64,000 nucleotides of DNA, taken from contig CBDDDZ010000005.1 of assembly GCA_965226795.1 (NCBI GenBank), positions 416,001 through 480,000 of the forward strand. Reading direction: 5' to 3'. Positions 11,975-21,633 of this stretch are shown in pieces (position 1 is the stretch's first letter; every line of letters begins with the position of its first letter). The position numbers were made by a program, and so were the translations under genes. Under the pieces are notes generated by a model that had not been told where the DNA came from, searched no databases, and saw nothing but the letters and a program-made list of their open reading frames with translations. Source of the stretch: Candidatus Latescibacterota bacterium (GTDB lineage: Bacteria > Latescibacterota > UBA2968 > GCA-2709665).

Positions 11975-13153
11975 TCAATCGTCTGCGGCTTCATGCTGCG
12001 TCACACCGTTGCAGAAGGCGACGTAGTCGATGAGTTCGGTAATCTCGGGATTGTCGCCACAGACCGGGCAGCCGGGGTCGCGGCGAATCTTAAAGGTTCG
12101 GAAACTCATGGCCAGCGCATCGTACATGAGCAATCTGCCGATAAGCGGTTCGCCCTGGCCAAGAATCAGCTTGACCACTTCGGTGGCCTGAATCAGGCCC
12201 ACCGTGCCCGGAAGTACCCCTAGAACCCCCGCTTCGGCGCACGACGGCGCGAGTTCTGCGGGCGGCGGTTCGGGATATAGGCAGCGGTAGCACGGGCCCT
12301 CCAGGTCGCAGGGGTAGATGGTCACCTGGCCCTCAAAACGGAAGATACTTCCGTCTACGATGGGCTTGCGCGCGAAAACGCAGGCGTCGTTCACCATGTA
12401 ACGCGTGGGAAAGTTGTCGCAGCCGTTCACCACGATGTCGTATTCCACGACAATGTCCATCACGTTTTCGGAATTGAGGAATTCGACATACGGGACCACC
12501 TTACAGCCAGGATTGAGGTCTTGCAGGGTTTCCCGCGCAGAGATGGCCTTCGGCCTGCCCAGATCGGATGTGCCGTGCAGGATCTGGCGCTGGAGATTGG
12601 TGACGTCCACCACGTCCGCATCGACGATCCCCAGGGTTCCAACGCCCGCCGCTGCGAGATAGTAGGCCGCGGGACACCCGAGGCCGCCGGCGCCGACCAT
12701 AAGAACCTTTGCATCCAGCAGCTTTCCCTGGCCCTTTTCGCCCACTTCGGGGACAAGTAGATGCCGGGAATACCGACGGACTTCGGCCTTGCTGAGCGTC
12801 CGGTCGCGCTGAACCGGGAGACCCGCCGCCACCCAGGCGTCGTAGCCGCCCTCGAGGTAGGCGACGTTTTCATATCCCATATTCTGCAGGTCCCGCGCCG
12901 CCAGGGGTCCCTGGTTATCGTCGCCGTATATGAGGATGGCGGTTGAGCGGTCGTTCGCCAGGGTTTCGATGCGCAGTTCGAGGAATCCCCTGGAGAGGTT
13001 TTCCGCCCCCTCGATATAACCCAGGGCGTAGTCTTCCCTTTCCCTTACGTCCAGCAGCAGGACGCTGTCCAACCGCCCCCGGGCGTCTTCAGGTGAAATG
13101 CCCCTCACCTCGCTCCTGACGGTATCCATCAGGGTTTCAAATGCCGTGCTCAT
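11975..13153 (-). CDS. moeB: Rhodanese-MoeB/ThiF fusion (sulfur-carrier adenylyltransferase, MoeZ-like)
   Basis: N-terminal LLDVRE..Y..GYI.GA rhodanese fold; RYSRH, GAGGLG, NLQRQILH, PCYRCLYP, CAEAGV, CPVC. Start placed at MSTAFETL. Confidence 0.9.
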   Translation of the reverse strand: MSTAFETLMDTVRSEVRGISPEDARGRLDSVLLLDVREREDYALGYIEGAENLSRGFLELRIETLANDRSTAILIYGDDNQGPLAARDLQNMGYENVAYLEGGYDAWVAAGLPVQRDRTLSKAEVRRYSRHLLVPEVGEKGQGKLLDAKVLMVGAGGLGCPAAYYLAAAGVGTLGIVDADVVDVTNLQRQILHGTSDLGRPKAISARETLQDLNPGCKVVPYVEFLNSENVMDIVVEYDIVVNGCDNFPTRYMVNDACVFARKPIVDGSIFRFEGQVTIYPCDLEGPCYRCLYPEPPPAELAPSCAEAGVLGVLPGTVGLIQATEVVKLILGQGEPLIGRLLMYDALAMSFRTFKIRRDPGCPVCGDNPEITELIDYVAFCNGVTQHEAADD

Positions 13154-13354
13154 AAAATTCCCCCGGCGCAAAGTGGTTGGAATCACGTACCGGTAATGTA
13201 TCCAATTCCGTCCGGGAACGCAAAACTTAATGACGACGTTGGACTTTTGGCGTTGAAGGCGATTGCCCGGGAGAGAATCGGCCCGTGTTCCGCTCAGAGT
13301 GTCGGGCATTCAAGCGTATGGATCCGAATCTCCGTTAATCCCGTTCCGGGTTTT

Positions 13355-14173
13355 TCACGAAATGGTGATTCGAGGTCCCGGTTGTTCAAAGGTGTCGATC
13401 TGATCCACGATCTTCTGTGCGATTTCGAGGAAGGTTTGTGTCTCGTCGGATTCCCGTGCGGCAATCGGATTGCCGGTGTCGCCGCCTTCCCGAATCGCGG
13501 GCAGAATGGGCAGCCGGCCCAGCACCGGGATGTTGAAGTACATGGCGATCTTGTCGCCGCCGCCATCCCCGAAGATTGGCGCCCGCTCGCCGCAGCATGG
13601 ACATATAAAGCCGCTCATGTTTTCGACGGCGCCGAGGATGGGAACGTCTAATTTCCGGAACATCTCGATGCCTCGAGTGACGTCTTCAAGCGCGACGTCC
13701 TGCGGCGTGGTGACAATGACCGCGCCGCTGAGCGGAACGGTTTGCGCGAGGGTGAGTTGGGCGTCACCGGTTCCCGGCGGAAGGTCGACAACGAGGAAAT
13801 CAAGCGCACCCCAGGCGACGTCGGACATGAACTGCTGGATCATCTTTCCCACGATAGGGCCGCGCCAGATCACGGGTGCGTCCTCGCCGGCGATGAGCCC
13901 GAGAGACATCAATTTGACGCCATGGTTTTCGAGCGGGATGATCTTGCCGCTCACCGCCCGGGGTTGCCCGGTGGCGCCCATCATCCTGGGGACGTTGGGC
14001 CCGTAGATGTCGGCATCGAGCAGTCCAACGGACTGCCCCTGCCGCGCCAGGGCAATGGACAGGTTCACACTGACGGTGGTTTTACCCACGCCTCCCTTGC
14101 CGCTGGAAACGGCCACAATATGCTCGACCTCGGGGATGGGGCGGGGTTTCGGCATGCCGGGTGGGATTTGCAT
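13355..14173 (-). CDS. mrp: Mrp/ApbC (NBP35 family) Fe-S carrier ATPase
   Basis: SGKGGVGKTT, DADIYGP, WRGP, DLPPGTGD, ENMS..CP.C. Confidence 0.95.
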   Translation of the reverse strand: MQIPPGMPKPRPIPEVEHIVAVSSGKGGVGKTTVSVNLSIALARQGQSVGLLDADIYGPNVPRMMGATGQPRAVSGKIIPLENHGVKLMSLGLIAGEDAPVIWRGPIVGKMIQQFMSDVAWGALDFLVVDLPPGTGDAQLTLAQTVPLSGAVIVTTPQDVALEDVTRGIEMFRKLDVPILGAVENMSGFICPCCGERAPIFGDGGGDKIAMYFNIPVLGRLPILPAIREGGDTGNPIAARESDETQTFLEIAQKIVDQIDTFEQPGPRITIS

Positions 14174-14227
14174 GGGTTCGGTCCCTGACTTGAATTGAGG
14201 GTTTCGGGATCTGTATTTCAGGGCGCG

Positions 14228-15406
14228 CTACCTGCGTCGCTGCCTTGCGTCGGAATATGGTGAAATTTCTCGCAGCCGTCCGACTTCGTCGACGACGCGC
14301 CCGGCCACATGGTCGATCTCGGCTTCGGTGTTGAACCTTCCCAGGCCGAAGCGGATGCTGCTTTCGGCCAGGCGGGTCGGCACCCCCAGCGCCCGCAGCA
14401 CGTATGAGGGTTCCATCGCCGCCGAGGTGCAGGCCGAGCCGGACGAGAGCGCGATGTCATCAAGGCCCACCAGCAGGCTTTCGCCATCCACGCCTTCGAA
14501 GCTGATGTTCAGGTTCCCGTCCAGTCGCTCCTCCGGATGTCCATTGAGATAAATACCGTCCAGGCCGTCGAACAGGTGTGTTCTCAGTCGTTCGCGCAAC
14601 GCCCGGAGGCGGGTCCCTTCAGCGAACATTTCCGCGCGCGCGAGTTCGCAGGCCGCGCCGAGACCCACAATGCCCGGCACGTTGAGCGTACCCGAGCGCA
14701 TGCCGCGTTCGTGGCCGCCCCCGTCGATTTCCGCAACGAGGCGCACGCGTGGCCGGCTGCGAACGTAGAGCGCGCCGACGCCTTTGGGGCCGTACAATTT
14801 GTGGGCGGATATCGAGAGCAGGTCGATGCCGAGGGCCTGGACGTCGATGGGTAACTTACCCACGGCCTGCGTGGCATCGCAGTGGAAAAGGATGTTCCGT
14901 TCCCTGCAGATCGCTCCGATTTCGTCCAGTGGCTGTACGGTGCCGATTTCGTTGCTGGCCGCCATAATGGAGACAAGCATGGTGTCTCCACGGATCGCGT
15001 CCGAGACGGTTCCCGGGGCAACCTGTCCGTAACGGTCTACGGGCAGGACGGTAAGTTCGAAACCCCGCCGTTCTAGCGCCTTGCACGAATCGAGGACCGC
15101 GTGGTGTTCGGTGGCCTGAGTGATGAGGTGTCCGCCTCTCTCCCGGTGCACGGAGGCCACGCCCTTAATGGCCAGGTTGTCCGATTCAGTCGCGCCGCTG
15201 GTAAAGATAATCTCCCTGGCATCCGCATGGATCAGCTCCGCAATCTGTTCCCGCGCCCGGTCCACGGCTGCTTCAGCGGTCCACCCGAAGCTGTGGGTAC
15301 GGCTGGCCGCATTGCCGAAATCCGCCTTGAAATAGGGCAGCATCGCGTCCAGCACCCTCGGGTCGACCGGGGTCGTGGCCTGGTTGTCCATGTAGATGTG
15401 GGTCAT
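14228..15406 (-). CDS. iscS: Cysteine desulfurase
   Basis: [39 protein letters not shown]. Start placed at MTHIY. Confidence 0.95.
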   Translation of the reverse strand: MTHIYMDNQATTPVDPRVLDAMLPYFKADFGNAASRTHSFGWTAEAAVDRAREQIAELIHADAREIIFTSGATESDNLAIKGVASVHRERGGHLITQATEHHAVLDSCKALERRGFELTVLPVDRYGQVAPGTVSDAIRGDTMLVSIMAASNEIGTVQPLDEIGAICRERNILFHCDATQAVGKLPIDVQALGIDLLSISAHKLYGPKGVGALYVRSRPRVRLVAEIDGGGHERGMRSGTLNVPGIVGLGAACELARAEMFAEGTRLRALRERLRTHLFDGLDGIYLNGHPEERLDGNLNISFEGVDGESLLVGLDDIALSSGSACTSAAMEPSYVLRALGVPTRLAESSIRFGLGRFNTEAEIDHVAGRVVDEVGRLREISPYSDARQRRR

Positions 15407-15489
15407 AGAGGCCAAATCTTTAAATGGTGATCCGGTGGAGTAAAGGATTAATGGTGGAAGGCAATTTTCCCACCCCACCTCTTCCCTTT

Positions 15490-15968
15490 TATTCTTTTTT
15501 TACGCCCTTTTTCTTTCTCGCCAAAGAAAAAGGGCCAAAAAGAACGGCGCCGATCGGCGCGGGGCCGGTTTTTCCACAAATTACTTCAAGGGAAAACACC
15601 AGCAACGGTGGCCTGCTGGCCACCCGGCCGCTCCAGCGCTGCGTTGCGGGACGGAATAACGCGGAAAAACCCCCCACTGCACCGTTCTCGCATTTTGTGC
15701 GACTTTGGAACGCGGTCGTGCCGCCCGCCCTATCGCTGGTCGATATTGCAAAGGATTCTCGCGGGTTAGATGCTTTTGGTTTCTCGCTGGCTGCTGCCCG
15801 CTACCCGTTCCTCCCGGGAGCGAGGGCTTCCAGCCCTCGATGCGCCGCCGTTGTATTTGTAAGGGCAGCCCTTGTGGTTGCCCGCGAATTGGCGCGGTAA
15901 TCGCTGATAACCATCGCGGGTCCGTATCGCGAACCGGTTTTAGCTGACTGCTGACGGCTGATCGCTGT
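15490..15968 (+). repeat. Modular repeat element, copy B (head hairpin, 62-nt cassette, further modules, REP, heptamer tail)
   Basis: Head hairpin 15504-15535; cassette 15587-15648; module ~15688-15767 resembles ~28039-28117; GAGGGCTTCCAGCCCTCGA at 15822 (also 24976); REP 15859-15883; CATCGCGGGTCCGTATCGC at 15912 (also 25065, variant 27893). Confidence 0.9.
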
Positions 15969-15970
15969 TT

Positions 15971-16903
15971 TTAGTCCCCTTCGAAGAGAGCCGTGACGAA
16001 GGCCTCCGGTTCAAAGTCACTCAAATCATCCTGGCCTTCACCCAGGCCGATCATACGCACGGGGAGGCCGAGTTCGTCGGCAATGGCGAAGATGACGCCG
16101 CCCCTGGCCGTGCCATCCAATTTCGCCAGAACAAGACCGGTGATGCCAATGTCCGCATGGAATTTCCGGGCCTGGGCTACGGCGTTCTGTCCCGTCGTGG
16201 CGTCCAGGACCAGAAGGGTTTCGTGAGGGGCGTCCGGGAGGCATTTTCCCAGGACGCGACGGATTTTTTTTAATTCCCCCATCAGATTGATACTGGTGTG
16301 CAGGCGCCCCGCGGTGTCGATTATGACGACGTCCATATCGCGGGATCGGGCGGCGGCAAGGGCGTCGAAGGCCACGGAGGCGGCGTCCGCGCCGGGCCGG
16401 TGGCGTACGATGTCCGCGCCGGAACGTTCTGCCCAGATGGATAGCTGCTCGATCGCGGCAGCCCGATACGTGTCGCAGGCGGCCAGGAGTACCCCCTTGC
16501 CCTGCGCGCCGTACCGGCAGGCCAGTTTTCCGATCGTGGTCGTTTTGCCCGATCCGTTGACACCGGCGACCAGGATGACGTGAGGCGTGGTCCACGGAGG
16601 CGCCGGGGTTGGAGGTTGGACGGCACGGAGGATCTCCAGCAGTTCGGCCTCCAGCCGTCCACGGACCCACTCTTCCCGCCGTTCCGGCTCCGCCTCGCGC
16701 TGGAGGCGCTCCCGAAGACGGTCGATGATCCGCAGCGTCGCGTTGACACCGACGTCTGCCCGTATGAGAATTTCCTCGATTTCCTCCAATGTTTCTTCAT
16801 CCAGCCGGGGGCTGCGGCGCAGAACCTCGCTGATCCTACCGGACAGCCCGTCTCGTGTTCTTGAAAGGCCGCGTTTGAATTTCTCCAGGAAATTTCCGAG
16901 CAT
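15971..16903 (-). CDS. ftsY: SRP receptor FtsY
   Basis: GVNGSGKTTTIGKLA, DTYRAAA, DTAGRLH, DATTGQN, KLDGTARGG. Start placed at MLGNFL. Confidence 0.96.
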   Translation of the reverse strand: MLGNFLEKFKRGLSRTRDGLSGRISEVLRRSPRLDEETLEEIEEILIRADVGVNATLRIIDRLRERLQREAEPERREEWVRGRLEAELLEILRAVQPPTPAPPWTTPHVILVAGVNGSGKTTTIGKLACRYGAQGKGVLLAACDTYRAAAIEQLSIWAERSGADIVRHRPGADAASVAFDALAAARSRDMDVVIIDTAGRLHTSINLMGELKKIRRVLGKCLPDAPHETLLVLDATTGQNAVAQARKFHADIGITGLVLAKLDGTARGGVIFAIADELGLPVRMIGLGEGQDDLSDFEPEAFVTALFEGD

Positions 16904-17016
16904 GCTGCCACTGACTCCTCGTTTGGCGCTTGCGTTCGCCCTGTGAACGGACACAACCAGACAGGGGGAACGGCGCGCCGTGCCCCCGTGGCGGGATCAT
17001 CGGTGGGCGGCGACCG

Positions 17017-17922
17017 TCAGTACGATGTTTCCCGGAGGAGGTCCAGGATGCGCTCAAGGTCGTCGTCCGTGTAGAACTCGATTTCGATCCTTCCCTTTTT
17101 GCCCCGGCGGGTGATATTCACCCCAGTGCCAAAGCGCCGTTGAAGGTCTTCTTCCAACGATAGGGTCTGAGGGTCTTTGCCCTGGGGCAGGGGCCTGGGC
17201 GGTTCACGTCGCCCTTCTCTGCCAGCCTTGACAAGGTTTTCAACCTGGCGTACGGAAAGGCCGGCAGCGACAATTTTCTTGCAGAGAATCGCCTGCAGGC
17301 GGTCGTCGTCCAGGCCCAGGAGCGCGCGGGCGTGACCCATGGAGATCTGTTTGTCCTGGAGGGCGATTCTGACCTCTTCCGTGAGGTGGAGAAGGCGCAG
17401 CGTGTTGGTGACGGTGGATCTGTTTTTGCCGACCTTCTGCGCCACCTCTTCCTGAGTCAGGAAACAGGATTCCATCAGGGCCCGGTAAGCTCTGGCTTCT
17501 TCGATCGGATTCAGGTCTTCCCGCTGCACGTTTTCGATCAGGGAGATTTCCATCATCTCCCGATCGGTTTCCACGTCCGTGAGGATGGCCGGAATGGTCT
17601 CCAGGCCCGCCTTCTTCGCGGCGCGGAGGCGGCGCTCCCCGGCGATGAGCTGATATCCGGACCCGTAGCGTCGAACGACAACGGGCTGGATGACCCCCTT
17701 TTCCCTTATTGAATCGGCCAATTCCTGCACAGCGTCCGGATCGAAATCCGCCCGCGGTTGGTGCGTGTTGGGCTCAAGATCTCCAATGCCGATCTCGAGC
17801 ACACGCGCGCCAGGGCGGATGTCACCGGTCTCCGATGACCTGCCGGGTTGTTCCAGTGGTGATTCGTCGGCGCCGGGGATGAGGGCGCCCAGGCCTCGGC
17901 CCAGAGCGTTACGCTTGGCCAT
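17017..17922 (-). CDS. parB: Chromosome partitioning protein ParB/Spo0J
   Basis: ALGRGLGALI, QPR..F, AGERRLRA, ENVQREDLNPIEEA, HTH. Confidence 0.96.
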   Translation of the reverse strand: MAKRNALGRGLGALIPGADESPLEQPGRSSETGDIRPGARVLEIGIGDLEPNTHQPRADFDPDAVQELADSIREKGVIQPVVVRRYGSGYQLIAGERRLRAAKKAGLETIPAILTDVETDREMMEISLIENVQREDLNPIEEARAYRALMESCFLTQEEVAQKVGKNRSTVTNTLRLLHLTEEVRIALQDKQISMGHARALLGLDDDRLQAILCKKIVAAGLSVRQVENLVKAGREGRREPPRPLPQGKDPQTLSLEEDLQRRFGTGVNITRRGKKGRIEIEFYTDDDLERILDLLRETSY

Positions 17923-18676
17923 GGTTGATAACCTCCCCAGCCAGGCTCATGTAATTCCGGGCCCCTGTAGACATTATATCGTACAGAATAATGGGTTTTC
18001 CGAAACTGGGCGCCTCGCCGAGTTTGACGTTTCGGCCGATGACGGTGTTGTAAACGCGCTCTCCAAAGTGGTGGCGGGCCTCATCCGCGACCTGCCGGGA
18101 AAGATTGAGCCGGGTGTCGAACATCGTGAGCAGTACGCCCTCGATCCTGAGCGGAGGATTCAGCTGGCGCTGAACCAGCTTCAGTGTATTCAACAGTTTA
18201 CCCACACCTTCCAGGGCATAGTATTCGCACTGTATCGGAATGAGGACGGAGCCGGCGGCGGTAAGCGCGTTGAGGGTAAGCAACCCCAGGGATGGTGGAC
18301 AATCGATCAACAGGAAATCGTAGGTGTCGTCGGCACTTTCCAGCGCAACCCGGAGTCTGTGCTCCCGGGCGCCGAGGTTGACCATTTCGACTTCCGCCCC
18401 GGTGAGGCGCATATGCGAAGGCGCCACGTTCAGGTAGGGAATCTCGGTTTCCCTGGTGATGTCGGAAAGCGGAAACTCCTGGAGTAGCACTTCGTAGATG
18501 CATGGGTCCTCTCGAGCCACCGACACGCCAAAACTGCTGGTGGCGTTGGACTGCGGATCCAGGTCAACGAGCAGGGTCTTCATTTCTGCAGCCGCCAGGC
18601 AAGCGGAGAGATTGACCGCTGTGGTGGTTTTCCCGACGCCGCCTTTCTGGTTGGCAATGGCAATGATTCGAGGCAT
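17909..18676 (-). CDS. parA: Chromosome partitioning ATPase ParA/Soj
   Basis: NQKGGVGKTTT, DLDPQ.NAT, DCPPSLG, QCEYYALEG, EAPSFGKP. Start placed at MPRIIA. Confidence 0.96.
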   Translation of the reverse strand: MPRIIAIANQKGGVGKTTTAVNLSACLAAAEMKTLLVDLDPQSNATSSFGVSVAREDPCIYEVLLQEFPLSDITRETEIPYLNVAPSHMRLTGAEVEMVNLGAREHRLRVALESADDTYDFLLIDCPPSLGLLTLNALTAAGSVLIPIQCEYYALEGVGKLLNTLKLVQRQLNPPLRIEGVLLTMFDTRLNLSRQVADEARHHFGERVYNTVIGRNVKLGEAPSFGKPIILYDIMSTGARNYMSLAGEVINHGQA

Positions 18677-18958
18677 AAATGGAAAACCCTGAGCGGCACC
18701 ACGCCCGCCTGAAAATACGATGAAAATATAGGCTAACGCATATCGGAAATCAAGCGTGGCGCGGCCGGAAGCCATCGCGGCCGGGCCGGTCGAAATGCAT
18801 CAGGAACCGCGTTTTCGGATCGGTCTAGAGCCGACGATGGAAAACGCTGCAACAGGAATCTCGGGGGAAACCGCAGCCGGAAGCGAACGCCCATCTGACG
18901 TTCCGTTCGGGCTTGACGACAACGTGGGCGGGACCGCGCCCCGGCCAGGCGGATTCGG

Positions 18959-21619
18959 CTATTCGATGGCGGCCTGAGCGGCGGCCAGGCGGGCGATAGG
19001 CACCCGGTACGGAGAGCAGGAGACGTAGTCCAGGCCCACCCGGTGGCAGAATTTAACCGATTCAGGGTCGCCGCCATGCTCGCCGCAAATGCCCACTTTG
19101 AGGGTTTTTCGCGTGGAGCGTCCGCGGTCGGTTCCGATGATTACAAGCTGTCCCACGCCGACCTGGTCGAGGCTCTGGAAGGGGTCCTGTTCGAGAATAC
19201 CCTGTTTGATGTATTCAGGCAGGAATTTTCCGGCGTCGTCGCGGGAGAAACCGAATGTCATCTGGGTGAGGTCGTTGGTACCAAAGCTGAAGAATTCGGC
19301 CGATTCCGCAATGGTGTCCGCCACCAGTGCCGCCCGGGGAATTTCGACCATAGTGCCGACGAGATAGTCTATCCTGGCCTTGCCGCCGCCCATTACCTCA
19401 TTGGCGACACGGTCCACGATTTTACGAAGCTCGGTGAATTCCTTGACCGTGCCGACCAGGGGTATCATGATTTCGGGGATGGCCTTGATTCTCCGTTTGC
19501 GCGCGTTTACGGCCGCTTCGAAAATTGCCCGTGCCTGCATTTCGTAGATCTCGGGGAAGGTAACGCCCAGGCGGCAGCCCCGATGCCCCAGCATGGGGTT
19601 GAACTCGTGCAGATTATCCACTTTCTCCTGGATGGTCTTTAGCGTGACCCCCATCTGACGCGCCATTTCGCGCTGCTGTTCGGGCTCGTGGGGCAGGAAC
19701 TCGTGCAGGGGCGGGTCGAGCAGCCGGATCGTGACGGGCAGGCCCCGCATGGCCTTGAAAATGCCCTCGAAGTCGCCGCGCTGCATGGGCAGGAGTTTTT
19801 CCAGCGCCTTTCTGCGGCCCGATTCGTCGCCTGCAAGGATCATCTCACGTACGGCCAGGATACGGTCGCCTTCAAAAAACATGTGTTCCGTCCGGCACAG
19901 ACCGATGCCCTCGGCGCCGAACTTCCGCGCGATATCCGAATCGTGCGGCGTATCCGCGTTGGTGCGCACGTTCAGCTTCCGCATCTCGTCCGCCCATTTC
20001 ATGATGGTGGCGAAATTGGCGGAAAGTTTCGGATTCCGGGTGGGCACGCGGCCGAGCATCACTTCGCCCCTGGAACCGTCCAGTGAAATCCAGTCCCCGG
20101 CCTTAACCGTCTTTCCGTTGACGGTAAACAGGTCGTTCTTGTAGTCGATCGCGATGGCGCCACAGCCGGCCACGCAACATTTTCCCATGCCCCGCGCCAC
20201 GACGGCGGCGTGGCTGGTCTGGCCGCCGCGTGCGGTTAGAATGCCGTTAGCGGCGTGCATGCCGCCGATATCTTCGGGCGAGGTTTCGAGGCGAACCAGG
20301 ATGACTTCTTCGCCGTCGGCCGCTAACGTCTCGGCTTCGTCGGCTGTGAACACCGCCTTGCCGGCGGCGGCGCCGGGCGAAGCAGGAAGCCCGGACGCCA
20401 GAACCTCGCGGGGCGCGTCGGGGTCGAACGTGGGGTGCAGGAGATGGTCGAGTTGGGCCGGATCGATGCGGGCGATTGCTTCTTCCTTGGTGATGAGGCC
20501 CTCTTTCACCATATCTACCGCTATTTTGAGCGCGGACGCGGCGGTGCGCTTGCCGGTTCGGGTCTGCAACATCCAGAGTTCACCTTCCTGAACAGTAAAC
20601 TCGATGTCCTGCATGTCCCGGTAGTGCAATTCCAGTTTCTTGTAAATTTGCTCCAGAGTTTCGTAGGCCTGGGGCAGCTGTCTTTTCATTTTCGCGACCG
20701 GTTCCGGCGTGCGAACCCCGGCCACGACGTCTTCGCCCTGGGCGTTGATGAGGTATTCACCGTAAAACTTCCGCGCACCGGTCGATGGGTCGCGGGTGAA
20801 CGCTACACCCGTAGCGCAGTCGTCGCCCATATTGCCGTAGACCATGGATTGAACATTAACGGCGGTTCCCCAACTATGGGGTATGTCGTGGATGTTTCGA
20901 TAGACGATCGCCCGATGTCCGTTCCAGGAATCGAAAACGGCGCTCACGCCTCCCCACAGTTGTTCCATCGGGCTCTCCGGAAAAGAACGGCCAGCGCGTT
21001 TCGTGACGAGGTCCTTGAAAACGTCCACGAGTTCCCGAAGATCATTGGTTGTGAGGTCGGTATCCAGTGTAATGCCCCGCCTGGCCTTTACCCTGTCGAT
21101 GGCGGATTCGAAGGGATCGTGTTCGCGTTCTTCGGGCTGCACGCCCATCACAACGTCGCCGTATGTCTGAATGAAGCGTCGGTACACGTCCCAGACAAAG
21201 CGCTCATTGCCGGATTTTGCAATCAGCCCCTCGGCAATCTCGTCGTTGAGGCCCAGGTTAAGGACGGTCTCCATCATTCCGGGCATGGAGACACGCGCGC
21301 CCGACCGGACCGACAAAAGAAGCGGATTGCCTGCGTCGCCGAAACGCCCACCCATGGCTTTCTCAACGTTTCTCAGGTTCGATACAACCTGGCTCTCCAG
21401 CGCCGGAGGGTGATTTTTCTCGTGGCCGTAGTAGTAGGCGCAAACGTCCGTGGTAATGGTGAACCCTGCGGGAACCGGAATGCCGATGCGAGACATTTCT
21501 GCCAGGTTGGCGCCTTTGCCACCTAGCAGATTGCGTCTGTCACCGTCGCCGTCGGCCGTGCCATTGCCGAAGAAATAGACGTATTTTTCAGTTTTCGAAA
21601 TCCGGTTCGACATGTTCAT
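18959..21619 (-). CDS. ppdK: Pyruvate phosphate dikinase
   Basis: GGKGANLAEM, SVRSGA..SMPGMM, GGQTSHAAVVARG, GIGLCRTEHMF, SFGTNDLTQ, CGEHGGDP. Confidence 0.98.
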   Translation of the reverse strand: MNMSNRISKTEKYVYFFGNGTADGDGDRRNLLGGKGANLAEMSRIGIPVPAGFTITTDVCAYYYGHEKNHPPALESQVVSNLRNVEKAMGGRFGDAGNPLLLSVRSGARVSMPGMMETVLNLGLNDEIAEGLIAKSGNERFVWDVYRRFIQTYGDVVMGVQPEEREHDPFESAIDRVKARRGITLDTDLTTNDLRELVDVFKDLVTKRAGRSFPESPMEQLWGGVSAVFDSWNGHRAIVYRNIHDIPHSWGTAVNVQSMVYGNMGDDCATGVAFTRDPSTGARKFYGEYLINAQGEDVVAGVRTPEPVAKMKRQLPQAYETLEQIYKKLELHYRDMQDIEFTVQEGELWMLQTRTGKRTAASALKIAVDMVKEGLITKEEAIARIDPAQLDHLLHPTFDPDAPREVLASGLPASPGAAAGKAVFTADEAETLAADGEEVILVRLETSPEDIGGMHAANGILTARGGQTSHAAVVARGMGKCCVAGCGAIAIDYKNDLFTVNGKTVKAGDWISLDGSRGEVMLGRVPTRNPKLSANFATIMKWADEMRKLNVRTNADTPHDSDIARKFGAEGIGLCRTEHMFFEGDRILAVREMILAGDESGRRKALEKLLPMQRGDFEGIFKAMRGLPVTIRLLDPPLHEFLPHEPEQQREMARQMGVTLKTIQEKVDNLHEFNPMLGHRGCRLGVTFPEIYEMQARAIFEAAVNARKRRIKAIPEIMIPLVGTVKEFTELRKIVDRVANEVMGGGKARIDYLVGTMVEIPRAALVADTIAESAEFFSFGTNDLTQMTFGFSRDDAGKFLPEYIKQGILEQDPFQSLDQVGVGQLVIIGTDRGRSTRKTLKVGICGEHGGDPESVKFCHRVGLDYVSCSPYRVPIARLAAAQAAIE

Positions 21620-21633
21620 CCTCGTCGTGAATG

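Noticed and set aside
15569..15676. Integron attC sites
   Set aside because: No RYYYAAC...GTTRRRY box pair with cassette ORFs and no integron integrase.
15424..15900. Small ORFs over repeat regions (also 2019-2441, 24232-25140, 27644-28670)
   Set aside because: They translate the repeat modules (recurring LFGPFSLARKKK, ATTRVAPT) and are unlikely to be proteins.
17017..18950. parS site near parAB
   Set aside because: No GTTTCACGTGAAAC-like palindrome recognised by eye.
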